Origin: an uncultured bacterium
GTDB lineage: Bacteria; Lernaellota; Lernaellaia; Lernaellales; Lernaellaceae
DNA length: 64,000 nt
Assembly (NCBI GenBank): GCA_964534375.1
Contig: CAZHPN010000007.1
Coordinates: forward strand, 66 to 64,065
Direction of reading: 5' to 3'
The notes under the pieces were generated by a model. That model saw only the letters and a list, made by a program, of their open reading frames with translations. It did no database searches and was not told where the DNA came from. The position numbers and the translations under genes are program-made. Positions 43,496 to 53,158 of this stretch are shown piece after piece. Position 1 is the stretch's first letter; every line of letters starts with the position of its first letter.

Positions 43496-44337
43496 CCATG
43501 CAAAGTCGGCGCGCATTTTGGGCTTCGATGAAAATCGGTTGGGCGATCGAGTCGAACTGGACGTCGCCGCCGCTGTACCTGCTGTACGCCGCGGTCCGGC
43601 CGATGGCGATGTGCCTGCTGCTGTATTTCTTGTTCAAGGTCGCGGCGGCGAATCCGAGCGCCGACCCGCGCTTCGCCGCGATCTATTTGGGCGACGCGTT
43701 TTTTGCCATTTTCGGGATGATGGCCTCGGGCCTGTCGTGGGCGATCATCTCGGACCGCGAGCAATATCAATTGATCCGTTACGTATACATCGCGCCGACG
43801 CCGTTCGTCTGGACGCTGATCGGCCGCGCCGCAACTTTCGTGCTGATCGCGCTGACGAGCACCGCGGCGATTATCGTCGTCGGCGTCGTCGTGCTGCATC
43901 TGCCGTTCGGTTGGAGCCGGATCCATTGGGGATTGCTGCTCACGACCTCGCTGCTCGGCCTGGCGGCGACGATGTCGCTCGGCATTTTTTTCGCCGGGAT
44001 GCTGCTGGTCACGGCGCGGCACGCGCTGCTCCTCGCCGAGGGCGTGGGCGGCACGTTCCTGCTGATTTGCGGCGTATTGTACCCGACGAGCTACTTGCCA
44101 ATCTGGGTGCGCCCGCTCGCGTGGCTCAGTCCGCTGACCTACTGGATCGAAGGCGCCCGGCGCTCGTTCGGTTGCATCGGCTTCGACAGCAATATCGCGT
44201 GGCTGCCCGATTGGGCGCTGGTGCTCGCGCTCGCCGCCCTGACTGCCGTCACCGGCTTCGGCGCGGCCAAAGGTTTCGCGATGTTCAACCGTTACGCGAA
44301 GAAGCACGGCAAGATCGACGAAGTGACGAATTATTGA
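43492..44337 (+). CDS. ABC-2 type permease
   Basis: About 6 TM helices; GVLYP..YLP, PLTYWIEGAR; ATGA overlap. Confidence 0.85.
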   Translation: MTMQSRRAFWASMKIGWAIESNWTSPPLYLLYAAVRPMAMCLLLYFLFKVAAANPSADPRFAAIYLGDAFFAIFGMMASGLSWAIISDREQYQLIRYVYIAPTPFVWTLIGRAATFVLIALTSTAAIIVVGVVVLHLPFGWSRIHWGLLLTTSLLGLAATMSLGIFFAGMLLVTARHALLLAEGVGGTFLLICGVLYPTSYLPIWVRPLAWLSPLTYWIEGARRSFGCIGFDSNIAWLPDWALVLALAALTAVTGFGAAKGFAMFNRYAKKHGKIDEVTNY

Positions 44338-46109
44338 CGGCGGGAGGGCCGCGGACGCCCGACCTTCGCCAGCGCCGCCTGAATCAGCGGCGCGTTTCCC
44401 GGCAGGTGATGCAGGATCAACGCCTTTTGCATTTCTTTGCCGCGCACATCGCGTTCGACGAACACGGGCCGCAGGGTCGCCGGGTCGAGGCCGGTGGCGT
44501 ACATCACCGTCGCGGCCGTTCCCGGCGTCGGCGTGAAAATCTGACATTGTTCCACCTTGATATGATGTGTCCGCAGAAAATCGTATACGGCCACCATGTC
44601 TTCGATGGTCGAGCCCGGGTGCGCTGCAACGAGGTACGGCAGCACGTATTGCTCTTTGCCCGCCTCGCGGGAGAAGCGGCGGTGCTGTCCGAGGAATTCG
44701 AGGAAACTGTCGAGCGGCGGTTTGCGCATCGTTTTCAAGACGTGCGAAACGACGTGCTCCGGCGCGACTTTGAGCAGGCCGCTCGTATGTTCGCGCGCCA
44801 GTTCGCGGATCAGCGCCTCGGAAAGAACGGCCAGATCGGTGCGAATGCCGGTCGTGACGAACAGGCGCTTGACGCCCGGCGTCGCGCGCGCCAGGCGCAA
44901 CAGTTCCAGATAGGGCGTCTGGTCTGCCCGCAGATGCGGACAACGCACGGGCCACAAGCACGACGGCCGGTCGCACGGCTCCGGGCGCTGGCAGGCGAGG
45001 CCGTACATATTCGCGGTCGGGCCGCCAATGTCATTGATGACCCCGCGAAAATCGGGATGCGCCGCGACGCTCGCCAATTCGCGCCGAATCGATTCCGCCG
45101 AGCGGCTGACGATCGTCTTGCCCTGATGCGCGCCGATCGCGCAAAACGCGCACCCGCCGCAGCACCCGCGATGGCTGATCACCGAAAACCGCACTTGCTC
45201 GAGCGCCGGCACTGGCTCGCGCAACGACGGGTGCGCGTCGCGCGTAAACGGCAATTCGTAGAGCGCGTCGAGCTCGCGCGGCGACGCCGGCGGCCACGGC
45301 GGATTGGCGACCACGCGCATGCCGCCGCTTTCCTGCCACTGGCGGCGGTCGCGATGCGTTTCGAAAAGCTGAAACGCCCGCGCGTGCGTTTCCGGGTCGC
45401 CGGCGATTTCCTCCGACGACGGCAACGCCACGCCGTCGGCCGGCGCGGGCCGGCTTTTCGGTTCGCGATAGACGACGCCGGGGATCTCGCGCACGGCGGC
45501 GAGGCGGGCTTCTGTCGACGGCGCCGGTCCGGCCGCCGACAACGCCGCCAGCCGGCGCGCAATCTCGACGGCCGGCCCTTCGCCCATGCCGTAGACCAGC
45601 ACGTCGGCCCCGCAATCCATGAGGATCGGCCGGCGCACGGAATCGCTCCAGTAATCGTAATGGGCGAAACGGCGCAGGCTCGCTTCGAGGCCGCCGGCGA
45701 CGAGGAACGCCGCTTTGCCGAACGCGCGCCGCAGCAGGTTGCCGTACGCGGTCAACGCGCGGTCCGGCCGGCCGCCGGCGCGGCCCCCGGGGGCAAAGGC
45801 GTCGTCCCGGCGACGACGTTTGAGCGCGGTGTAATTGGCGACCATCGAGTCGAGCGCGCCCGACGTGACGCCGAAAAACAGCCGCGGCAGACCGAGATGC
45901 GCCACGGCCGCCGGGTCGCGCGCGTCCGGACGGGCGATGATGCCGACGCGAAAACCCGCCGCCTCGAGCGCCCGGCCGATCAGCGCCGCGGGGAACGACG
46001 GATGATCGACCGCCGCGTCGCCGGTGACCAGCACGACGTCGAGCGCGTGCCAACCGCGGGCGCGGGCTTCGTCGAGCGACAGCGGCAGATGGGCGGTCGG
46101 GCGTTTCAT
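44331..46109 (-). CDS. ygiQ: YgiQ family radical SAM protein
   Basis: DVVLVTGDAAVDHPSF, GGLEASLRRFAHYDYWSD, HRGCCGGCAFC, DIGGPTANMY, KVAPEH. Confidence 0.93.
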   Translation of the reverse strand: MKRPTAHLPLSLDEARARGWHALDVVLVTGDAAVDHPSFPAALIGRALEAAGFRVGIIARPDARDPAAVAHLGLPRLFFGVTSGALDSMVANYTALKRRRRDDAFAPGGRAGGRPDRALTAYGNLLRRAFGKAAFLVAGGLEASLRRFAHYDYWSDSVRRPILMDCGADVLVYGMGEGPAVEIARRLAALSAAGPAPSTEARLAAVREIPGVVYREPKSRPAPADGVALPSSEEIAGDPETHARAFQLFETHRDRRQWQESGGMRVVANPPWPPASPRELDALYELPFTRDAHPSLREPVPALEQVRFSVISHRGCCGGCAFCAIGAHQGKTIVSRSAESIRRELASVAAHPDFRGVINDIGGPTANMYGLACQRPEPCDRPSCLWPVRCPHLRADQTPYLELLRLARATPGVKRLFVTTGIRTDLAVLSEALIRELAREHTSGLLKVAPEHVVSHVLKTMRKPPLDSFLEFLGQHRRFSREAGKEQYVLPYLVAAHPGSTIEDMVAVYDFLRTHHIKVEQCQIFTPTPGTAATVMYATGLDPATLRPVFVERDVRGKEMQKALILHHLPGNAPLIQAALAKVGRPRPSRRQ

Positions 46110-46221
46110 CGGCTGTCTATACCACATTCGGGCGGCCGAAAAAAATTTCCGGTTCGCGTCCGGCGGCGCTGAAATCCGGCGCCGATAATGTTATATTGAA
46201 ATAAGCTTAAAGGAGGCCTCG

Positions 46222-46797
46222 ATGCCGTTTTGTCCAAATTGCCGCGTGGAATATGTGCCGGGGATCGCCAAATGCTCGGATTGCGACGTTCCCCTGGTGG
46301 ACGAATTGCCGCCCGCGCCGGCCGACGACTCGGCGGCCGAGGAGATGGTCGTTCTCGTCGAGGGCCGCGGCGCGGTCGAAACACGGATGATCGCCGCCGA
46401 ACTGGATGCGGCGGAAATTCCGTACGTGTTGGCCGGCGACGAGATGGGTTCCGTCCTCGTTTATCCGGCGCAGGACGCCAAAATCCTGGTGCCGCAGGGC
46501 GATCTCGAACGCGCCCAGGAAGTTCTGGCGACGGTCGGCGAATCGCTGGCGATCGAGCTTCCGGATGACGCCGACGTGGGTCTGGCCGTTTGCGAGCAGT
46601 GCGGCGCCGAACTTCCGGACGGCGCGACGGCTTGCCCTAATTGCGGCGCGACGGTCGAAGACCCGACCCCGGCTGCCGAGGCGGAAGGCCCTGCCGAAGA
46701 GCAAGTCGAACTCTTTTTCTGCGACCACTGCGGTGCGCAGGCGCCGCGCGACGCCAAGAAATGCCCGGAGTGCGGCGAACCGTTCGACAACCCGTAA
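46222..46797 (+). CDS. Zinc-ribbon / DUF2007-like protein with three CxxC...CxxC modules
   Basis: CPNC..CSDC; PII-like core (AELDAAEIPY..ILVP..DLERAQEVL); CEQC..CPNC; CDHC..CPEC. Confidence 0.8.
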   Translation: MPFCPNCRVEYVPGIAKCSDCDVPLVDELPPAPADDSAAEEMVVLVEGRGAVETRMIAAELDAAEIPYVLAGDEMGSVLVYPAQDAKILVPQGDLERAQEVLATVGESLAIELPDDADVGLAVCEQCGAELPDGATACPNCGATVEDPTPAAEAEGPAEEQVELFFCDHCGAQAPRDAKKCPECGEPFDNP

Positions 46798-46810
46798 GCG
46801 CGGCGAGCGG

Positions 46811-47521
46811 CTATTGCGCCGTCGGCGCTCCCGCGTCGCGAACGGCGAGATAGATCGCGTCGCCGGGCTCACCTAGCGGCTGGCCCAGCGGCGTGGTGTC
46901 GAATTCCTCGGCGACCGGAAAAACTCCCTTGAGCGCGGCGAAAAATATTGGGTTGGGCTGCGGGCTCCACACGGCGACCACGCCGCCCGGGCGCAACGCG
47001 TCGCGGCACGCGCGCACGCCGGCGGCGTCGTAGAGCCGCGCGTTGCCGGGCGCGGCCAACCAGCCGGGACCGTTGTCCACATCGAGCAGCAGCAAATCGA
47101 AGGCGTCGCGGCCGGCGGCGAGCACGTCGGCCAGATCGGCGACGCGGACCTCGGTGCGCGGATCGTCGACCGCGCGGCCGTTGACGGCGGCAAAATAGCG
47201 GCGATTCCAATCGGCCATCTTGGCGCCGATTTCCGCGACCACGACGCGCGTCACGCCCGCCAAATCCAGCGCCGCACGCAACGTGTGGCCGGCCCCCAGA
47301 CCGCCGACGAGCACGCGCAAGTCGCGCGCCGGCCGCTGCAATCGGCGATGCGCCAGCGCGGCCATGGCGGTTTCGCTGTGCGCGCCGTGCGACGCCATGA
47401 GAAACGCGCCGTTGATCGTGATTTCGTAGCCGACTTCGCCCGTTTCGGCCTCATAGCGGCGCAGGACCAGTTCGCCGAGCGCGGTCGGATCGCGGTCGAT
47501 CTCCGTATAGCGAAGGTGCAT
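46811..47521 (-). CDS. Spermidine-synthase-like SAM-dependent methyltransferase
   Basis: FLMAS..SE.A.A, VLVGGLGAGHTL, FDLLLLDVDNGP, LRPGG..AVWS. Confidence 0.85.
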   Translation of the reverse strand: MHLRYTEIDRDPTALGELVLRRYEAETGEVGYEITINGAFLMASHGAHSETAMAALAHRRLQRPARDLRVLVGGLGAGHTLRAALDLAGVTRVVVAEIGAKMADWNRRYFAAVNGRAVDDPRTEVRVADLADVLAAGRDAFDLLLLDVDNGPGWLAAPGNARLYDAAGVRACRDALRPGGVVAVWSPQPNPIFFAALKGVFPVAEEFDTTPLGQPLGEPGDAIYLAVRDAGAPTAQ

Positions 47522-47524
47522 CGG

Positions 47525-49294
47525 TTATTCGGCGCGCGACAAGCGCCGGCGCATAATGCGCAGTTCGCGTTGCGCTTCGGCGTCGAGCGGATCCTTCGCG
47601 GTCGCCGTCTCCAGTTCCGCGACGGCCAATTCGACCTCTCCGGCTTCGGCCAGAATATTCGCCAGCTCGCAACGCGCTTCGGTGAACCGCGCGTCGAGCG
47701 CCAGTGCCCGCCGCAAGGCATCGACGCTGTCGAGCAGCCGGTTCAACGGATCGGCAAACCGGTTATGGGCCGCGGCCCGGGCGTAGATCAGCAGCACGCG
47801 ACGATCGTCGCCGCAGCGTTCGAGCCACTCGCCGGCGCAGCGTTGCGCTTTGCTGTAGGTCTTGTCGCGCAGCAGTTCTTCGGCCATGCGCAGCAGTTGC
47901 TCGTCGGTCAACGGATCGTCCGGCGGCGGCGGTTCGGGTTCGGGCTCGGGCTCCGGGGCGGGCCGCACTTCCGGCGGGCGATCGATATCCACCAGGGGCG
48001 GCGACGGCGTGGCGGCCGGCGGCGGCGGCGCGACGCGAACCGCTTCCGGCTTTTTGGGCGGGGCGACCGGGCGCTCGACCGCGGGCGGCTCGTCGATCGC
48101 CGTAGGTACCGGCATTTCCGGCGCCGCGTGCGGGGCCGCGGCCTCGCCCCGCGACGGCCAGGCATCGTCGGCGTCGAAGACGACGATCTTCAACATCGCC
48201 AGCACATAGGTTGCGCGTTCGAGTTTCTCGCGCGACGGTCCGGCCGCCGCCAGAAAACCGCCGAGGATTTCGCGAGCCCGGGCCGCGGCGACGACCGCCG
48301 CCATCTCGGGTTGATTCGCCAAATCCGGCAGGCGCGCCGGGTCGTCGCCCAAATAGAAAGGCCGGTCTTGGCGGCCCTTTGCCTCCAGCGCCGCCCGCAT
48401 TTTTTCCGGGCCGAAAAACCGGCGCATCGCGCGGTCGACCACGACCGCCGGATCGAACGGCGGGCCGTTGACGGCGATCTGGCGCGAGGTCCAGGTGAAG
48501 CGGGCTTCGCTCGCCCGGCAAAGTTCCGTCAGGGTGTCGGCCGCGAATTCGCGCGAGATTCGCTCCAGTTCCGTTGCTAATAGCAGATTCATGCGCGCGA
48601 GCGTTTCTTCTTCCGTCACCTGTGCGTCCGCCGCGTGGCGATGGGCCCGCCGGGCTTCTTCCTCGGTCAACAGCCCTTCGCGGACGAGCCGTCGCGCCAA
48701 TCCCGTAGTGTGCACGCTGATGGGCAGGCCGTCGTGGAACAACACGGACGTCTTGCCGTATTCGTCGCGAATTTCGAGCGCGCCGGTCGCGCGTTTGCGA
48801 AAGACCTGCGCCAGCACGGCGTGGAACGGCAGGCTCTTGAGCGAACCGTTCGCGGGCAGGGCCTCCGCTTTGTCGGGCGCAACCGCCGCGGCGGTCGCGG
48901 CCCGTTTTGGCGGCGCGACCGGCTCGGACGAGCCGGGGCCGATCAGCCGTTCGACCGCGCGCAGAAATTGCGCCTGGTCGATGGGCTTGGCGATCTGGTC
49001 GTCGGCGCCGAGTTTTTGATAGAGCTGCGACCGGCCCGCCGCCAATTGGTTGATCGCGATGACGGGCAGGTGGCGCGCGCCGCCCTCGAATCGCCGCATC
49101 ACGTCCGCGGCGGGCATATCGGGCAGCAGCAGATTGACGACCGCCAGGTCAGGGTCTTCGTTGCGAAATAGATCGATCGCTTCCGCGCCGGAGCCGGTCA
49201 CCAACGCGGCATACCCGTTGCGGCGCAACGCGGCGGCCAGCATCTGCGCGTCGCGCACGTCGAATTCAACGACCAGAACTTTCTTACGTTGCAT
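47525..49294 (-). CDS. Pseudo-receiver / DUF4388-like / Pro-rich linker / TPR protein
   Basis: REC fold with VVEFD and AVVNLLLP (N at the phospho-Asp position), KP; GSL....F..VL...FRKRATGALEI; PEPEPEPEPPPP; C-terminal TPR-like helices. Confidence 0.8.
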   Translation of the reverse strand: MQRKKVLVVEFDVRDAQMLAAALRRNGYAALVTGSGAEAIDLFRNEDPDLAVVNLLLPDMPAADVMRRFEGGARHLPVIAINQLAAGRSQLYQKLGADDQIAKPIDQAQFLRAVERLIGPGSSEPVAPPKRAATAAAVAPDKAEALPANGSLKSLPFHAVLAQVFRKRATGALEIRDEYGKTSVLFHDGLPISVHTTGLARRLVREGLLTEEEARRAHRHAADAQVTEEETLARMNLLLATELERISREFAADTLTELCRASEARFTWTSRQIAVNGPPFDPAVVVDRAMRRFFGPEKMRAALEAKGRQDRPFYLGDDPARLPDLANQPEMAAVVAAARAREILGGFLAAAGPSREKLERATYVLAMLKIVVFDADDAWPSRGEAAAPHAAPEMPVPTAIDEPPAVERPVAPPKKPEAVRVAPPPPAATPSPPLVDIDRPPEVRPAPEPEPEPEPPPPDDPLTDEQLLRMAEELLRDKTYSKAQRCAGEWLERCGDDRRVLLIYARAAAHNRFADPLNRLLDSVDALRRALALDARFTEARCELANILAEAGEVELAVAELETATAKDPLDAEAQRELRIMRRRLSRAE

Positions 49295-49381
49295 GCCGTC
49301 CCGTCCGCGTCCCAATTCCCGCGGCATTATTATCTCGTTTCGATTTCGTAAAAAAGCCCCACTCTTTTCCGCGGCCGGCAT

Positions 49382-50251
49382 TCAAATCGGCGGCGGCGCG
49401 GGCGCGACGGGCAGCAGGTCGACGGCGCGCGCGAAACGGAAATCCGCGAGCAGCCGGCGCAGTTTTTTTTCAAACGTGCGCAAGCCGATGTAATGTTTCA
49501 GCCGGGCGCCGAGGCGGGCGTCGATCCGCCGTTGGTCCGGCGCGAATTCCCACGGATGGACGTAAATCACGGCCGGGGCGGCCGATTGCGCGTGGACGCG
49601 CCGCAAGCCGGCGCGGATCAACCAATACGGATACATACGAAAATAGCCGCCGCCGGCGAACGGCAGGCTGCGGCCCGCCACGTCCAGGCGCGTCAACGGC
49701 AATTCCAGCAGGGCGCCGACGCCCGGCCGCTCGATGACCGTCGGCCGGCGATCCGCGCCCAGGAAACCGACGGGAACCTTGCGGCCTGGAAAGAGGCTCG
49801 AATCGTAGCGAAACCCCTCTTCGATCAGCACGTCGAAAACCCAGAGGTTGCTGTGGTTGATCGAGAAACTCGGCGCGCGAAAGCCAGCGGGGCGGCCGCC
49901 GCCGGCGTTGGCGATGGCGTCCTTTGCGGCGTGCAGGTCGGCGCGGAATTCCGCCGGCGTCATTTGCAACAGGCTGCGGTGCGCAAAGCCATGGCAGGCG
50001 ACCTCGTGGCCGGCCTCGGCGATTTCGCGGACCAACTGCGGCCAGCGCTGGGCGATCCACCCCAATACGAAAAACGTGGCGCGGACATTATGCTCCGCGA
50101 ACAACGCCAGCAGCCGGCGCGTGGCGTCGGGGCAGGTCGGCGGCAACGTTTCCCAGGTCTCGCGCGCGATGTACGGCGCCAGGTTGAGCGCGTGGAAATA
50201 ATCCTCCACATCCACGGTCAGGGCGTTGACGATTTCCGCGGGCTCATTCAT
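49382..50251 (-). CDS. Polysaccharide deacetylase, XrtA/PEP-CTERM-locus type (DUF3473)
   Basis: LTVDVEDYFH, HEVACHG..H, GFRAPSFS, YDSS, AGGGYFR, HPWE. Confidence 0.9.
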   Translation of the reverse strand: MNEPAEIVNALTVDVEDYFHALNLAPYIARETWETLPPTCPDATRRLLALFAEHNVRATFFVLGWIAQRWPQLVREIAEAGHEVACHGFAHRSLLQMTPAEFRADLHAAKDAIANAGGGRPAGFRAPSFSINHSNLWVFDVLIEEGFRYDSSLFPGRKVPVGFLGADRRPTVIERPGVGALLELPLTRLDVAGRSLPFAGGGYFRMYPYWLIRAGLRRVHAQSAAPAVIYVHPWEFAPDQRRIDARLGARLKHYIGLRTFEKKLRRLLADFRFARAVDLLPVAPAPPPI

Positions 50252-50784
50252 CGCGTCAGTTTCACTCCGTCGAGATAAAGCGTCACCCGCCGGTCGGTGC
50301 GCCCGAAGTAAAAGAGAATGCGGCGCATGGCGCCGAGATTTTGCGGCCGGCCGCCGTTGCCGCGGGCGATGCGGTCGAGCGGCACCCGTACGTGCTGCGG
50401 CGCGCCGGTGAGCGGCACGGCCAACTCGAAGCGATCGGCGAAAGCGGTCGCGTCGCCGCGATCGTCAATGCGAATCATCAAGGTCTCGCCTTGCAGGTCC
50501 GGCGCCCAGAGGTCCGCCTCGAACCACGTGTAGCCGCGCCAATCGCGCGGCACCTTCCACAATTCGACCGTCGGATACTCGCCGGCCGGGAATTCCATCT
50601 TCAGCCCGTGGGCGCCCGAGGTCGCGAACTCTGTGGTCTGCTCCAACCAATAATGGCAACGCCACTTCAAACAGTCCAGATCTCTTGCCGTTTCGAAATC
50701 ATTGATCATCAAGACGTCGGAATTGCCGCAACCGAAGGCGACCGCCGCCAAGAGCAGCGCCGCGGCCCAATGACGGCGGATCAT
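50248..50784 (-). CDS. Predicted lipoprotein, possible carbohydrate-binding (galactose-binding-like) fold
   Basis: Signal peptide ending AFG-C; NDFE, YP, PRDWRGY, IRIDD; ATGA overlaps on both sides; fold call is weak. Confidence 0.65.
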   Translation of the reverse strand: MIRRHWAAALLLAAVAFGCGNSDVLMINDFETARDLDCLKWRCHYWLEQTTEFATSGAHGLKMEFPAGEYPTVELWKVPRDWRGYTWFEADLWAPDLQGETLMIRIDDRGDATAFADRFELAVPLTGAPQHVRVPLDRIARGNGGRPQNLGAMRRILFYFGRTDRRVTLYLDGVKLTR

Positions 50785-51602
50785 GACCGGCCCTCCATCA
50801 ACACCACTTCGGGCGGCCGCGCCAAGCGCGCCGGAATATGGCTTTCGCCGACGCCGCGCGTGACGAACATCGGGGTCCGACCCTCGTAAAACCAGCCGTA
50901 GCGGTATTTCTTCACGGGCGCTTGCGTGATCAGCGGGTAAACCCAATACGGCGCGATGATCTGGCCGCCGTGCGTGTCGCCGGCAAGGATCAGCGACGGA
51001 TGAAACGCGCTGGCGAACGGCAGCGTCTGCGGATAATGAACCATGACGATGCTCGGCCGCTCGGGCGTGATGCTCCGCCGGCATGTCTCGTCCCAGCCGT
51101 GAGAATCCTCCCCGTCCAAGCCGACGAGCGTGACCTTGTCGTCGGCGATCGTCACGGCTTCGTTGCGCAGGAATCGCACCGGCAGGTCGTGCCGCAGTTC
51201 GCGGCTGCCGGGCACGTGGCAGTAAATGCAGTTGCGGACGCGGCCCATGTAATCGGCGTCGCCCAGCACCGCGTAGACGCCCTTGCGCGCGTGGAACTGC
51301 TTCGCAACTTCCATCGCCGGCCCGGCGTCGGCCTCATACCACACCATGTCGCCGGCGATCAGCAGGTAATCGGGGTCCAGCCGCTGGAGCGTATCCAGCA
51401 ACAACTTCGTCTTCGGCCAGTTTTTTCGAATGTGCAGATCGGAAATCAGCGCAATGCGTTGACCGGCGAGCGCCGCGTTCAGATCCGGCGGCAGGTCGAT
51501 GCGGGTGACGCCCAGGCGAAAGGGCTCGATCCGCCACGCGTACACAACGACCGCGCCGAGGACCAGCGACGCGAACACGCCGACGCGGGCGCCGCGCGTC
51601 AC
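50781..51602 (-). CDS. Calcineurin-like metallophosphoesterase (YkuE-like) with altered metal ligands
   Basis: GTG start overlapping the upstream TGA; ISDLH, AGD, GDAD (canonical GNHD), VHYP, GDTHGGQ (canonical GHTHGGQ), TRGVG..R...PPEV. Confidence 0.85.
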   Translation of the reverse strand: MTRGARVGVFASLVLGAVVVYAWRIEPFRLGVTRIDLPPDLNAALAGQRIALISDLHIRKNWPKTKLLLDTLQRLDPDYLLIAGDMVWYEADAGPAMEVAKQFHARKGVYAVLGDADYMGRVRNCIYCHVPGSRELRHDLPVRFLRNEAVTIADDKVTLVGLDGEDSHGWDETCRRSITPERPSIVMVHYPQTLPFASAFHPSLILAGDTHGGQIIAPYWVYPLITQAPVKKYRYGWFYEGRTPMFVTRGVGESHIPARLARPPEVVLMEGRS

Positions 51603-53155
51603 GAGCCGAGCCTCGCTTTGGCCAGACTGAGAAAATCGCCGGACGGTCGCAGGAAGAAGCCGTGCAGGCGGTTCGGCACGACGGCAATGTTGTCGGCCCA
51701 CCACAGGCTGACGTAGACGCAATCTTCCGCGAGTTGTTTTTGCACGAGGCCGTACAGCCGCCGGCGTTCGATGCGGTCGCCGGTCCGCCGCGCCTCTTCC
51801 AGCCACCGGTCCACGTCGGCGTTGGCGTAACGGCCGCGGTTCGCGCCGCGGGGAGGCTGCATCGAGGAGTGAAACGCGTAGAACAGATGGTCCGGATCCG
51901 AGACGCCGACCCAGACCAGCGTGTAGGTTTCGAAATTGCCGCGTTTGACGTCCTCGAAAAACGTGCCCCATTCCAAACTGCGGCGCTCCAGACTGATGCC
52001 GACCGCCGCCAACTGGTTGGCCATCACCTCGGCGATGCGCAGCCGCAGCTTGTCGGTGCTCGTTTTGTACGACAGCGTAAACCGCGGGCCACGGCCGCCG
52101 GCGGGCAACGGGAAACCGGCCTCGTCGAGCAGCCGCCGGGCGCGGTCCGGATCGTATGGATATTGGCGCACGTCGGCCTCGTAGGCCCAATTGCCCGGCG
52201 CGAGCAAACCAGTCGCCGGTCGGGCCTGTCCGTAAAGCATCGTCTTGATAATCTGGTCACGGTCGAGGGCGTAGGCGATGGCCTGCCGCACTTTCGCGTT
52301 GCTCACAATTCCGCGCGGGTCCGCCAGGTTGAAGCCGAGGTAGCTGTAGTTGCCGCCCGGCGCGCGCAACATCTGCCGGCCCGGCAATTCTTCCGCGTAT
52401 TTGAGCGCGTACGGCGGCGTGCAATTTTGCAAGACGTCGAGTTCGCCCTTGGAAAGCCGCAGCAACCGCGTGGTGTCGTTGGCCACGACGAAAAACTGAA
52501 GTTGTTTGATGGCCGGCGGCCCGTCGCGCCAGCGTTCGTTGGCGGCCAGAACGACCTTCTCGCCGCGACGCCACTCCGCCAGGCGATACGGGCCCGACCC
52601 GACCGGTTCGGCGGCGAGGAGGTCGGGCTCTTGCAACCGGGCGGGCACGATCGGCTGCGTCAGCTTGTTGAGAAACGAGGCGAACGGCTCGCGCAGGTGC
52701 AACTGCACGGTCCGCTCGTCGGGGGTCGCGATCGCGTCGAGGCGGCTGAAAACATCCTGCGTGGGGCAGGCGCGGCGCGGATCGGCCAGAAAGCGAAACG
52801 TCGCCGCGGCGTCGGCGCTCGTCACCGGCGCGCCGTCCTGCCAAACGGCGCCGGCGCGCAGCGTAAAACGGTACGTCAAGTCGTCCGGCTGCTCCCAGCT
52901 TTCGGCGAGCGCCGGGGCGACGCCGCCGTCGCCGGGGTCGGTCAGCAGCCCTTCGTACACCAGGCCGAGAATGCGCGTCGAATAGGCGTCGGTCGCGTAT
53001 CGCGGATCGAGACTGGTCGGGTTGCCTTCCAGGCCGATGCGCAACGCGTCGGCCGGCGGCGCGGCGCCGGAACAGGCGGCGAGCAAGGAAGCGAGAGCGA
53101 GAAACGCCGCGGCGCCCCCCGCGGCTCGGCGAAGGGCGGGCCGGCGCGGCGACAC
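51599..53155 (-). CDS. ABC transporter substrate-binding lipoprotein, family 5 (peptide/nickel)
   Basis: LAA-C lipobox, SLDP, VYEGL, LAESWE, GSGPYRL, VRQAIAYALDR. Confidence 0.93.
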   Translation of the reverse strand: MSPRRPALRRAAGGAAAFLALASLLAACSGAAPPADALRIGLEGNPTSLDPRYATDAYSTRILGLVYEGLLTDPGDGGVAPALAESWEQPDDLTYRFTLRAGAVWQDGAPVTSADAAATFRFLADPRRACPTQDVFSRLDAIATPDERTVQLHLREPFASFLNKLTQPIVPARLQEPDLLAAEPVGSGPYRLAEWRRGEKVVLAANERWRDGPPAIKQLQFFVVANDTTRLLRLSKGELDVLQNCTPPYALKYAEELPGRQMLRAPGGNYSYLGFNLADPRGIVSNAKVRQAIAYALDRDQIIKTMLYGQARPATGLLAPGNWAYEADVRQYPYDPDRARRLLDEAGFPLPAGGRGPRFTLSYKTSTDKLRLRIAEVMANQLAAVGISLERRSLEWGTFFEDVKRGNFETYTLVWVGVSDPDHLFYAFHSSMQPPRGANRGRYANADVDRWLEEARRTGDRIERRRLYGLVQKQLAEDCVYVSLWWADNIAVVPNRLHGFFLRPSGDFLSLAKARLGS

Positions 53156-53158
53156 CGG

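Noticed and set aside
19991-44337. MacAB-like and ABC-2 exporters plus the Ada-like gene as a resistance island
   Set aside because: They are scattered, mostly match host composition, and have no mobility genes; these are common chromosomal families.
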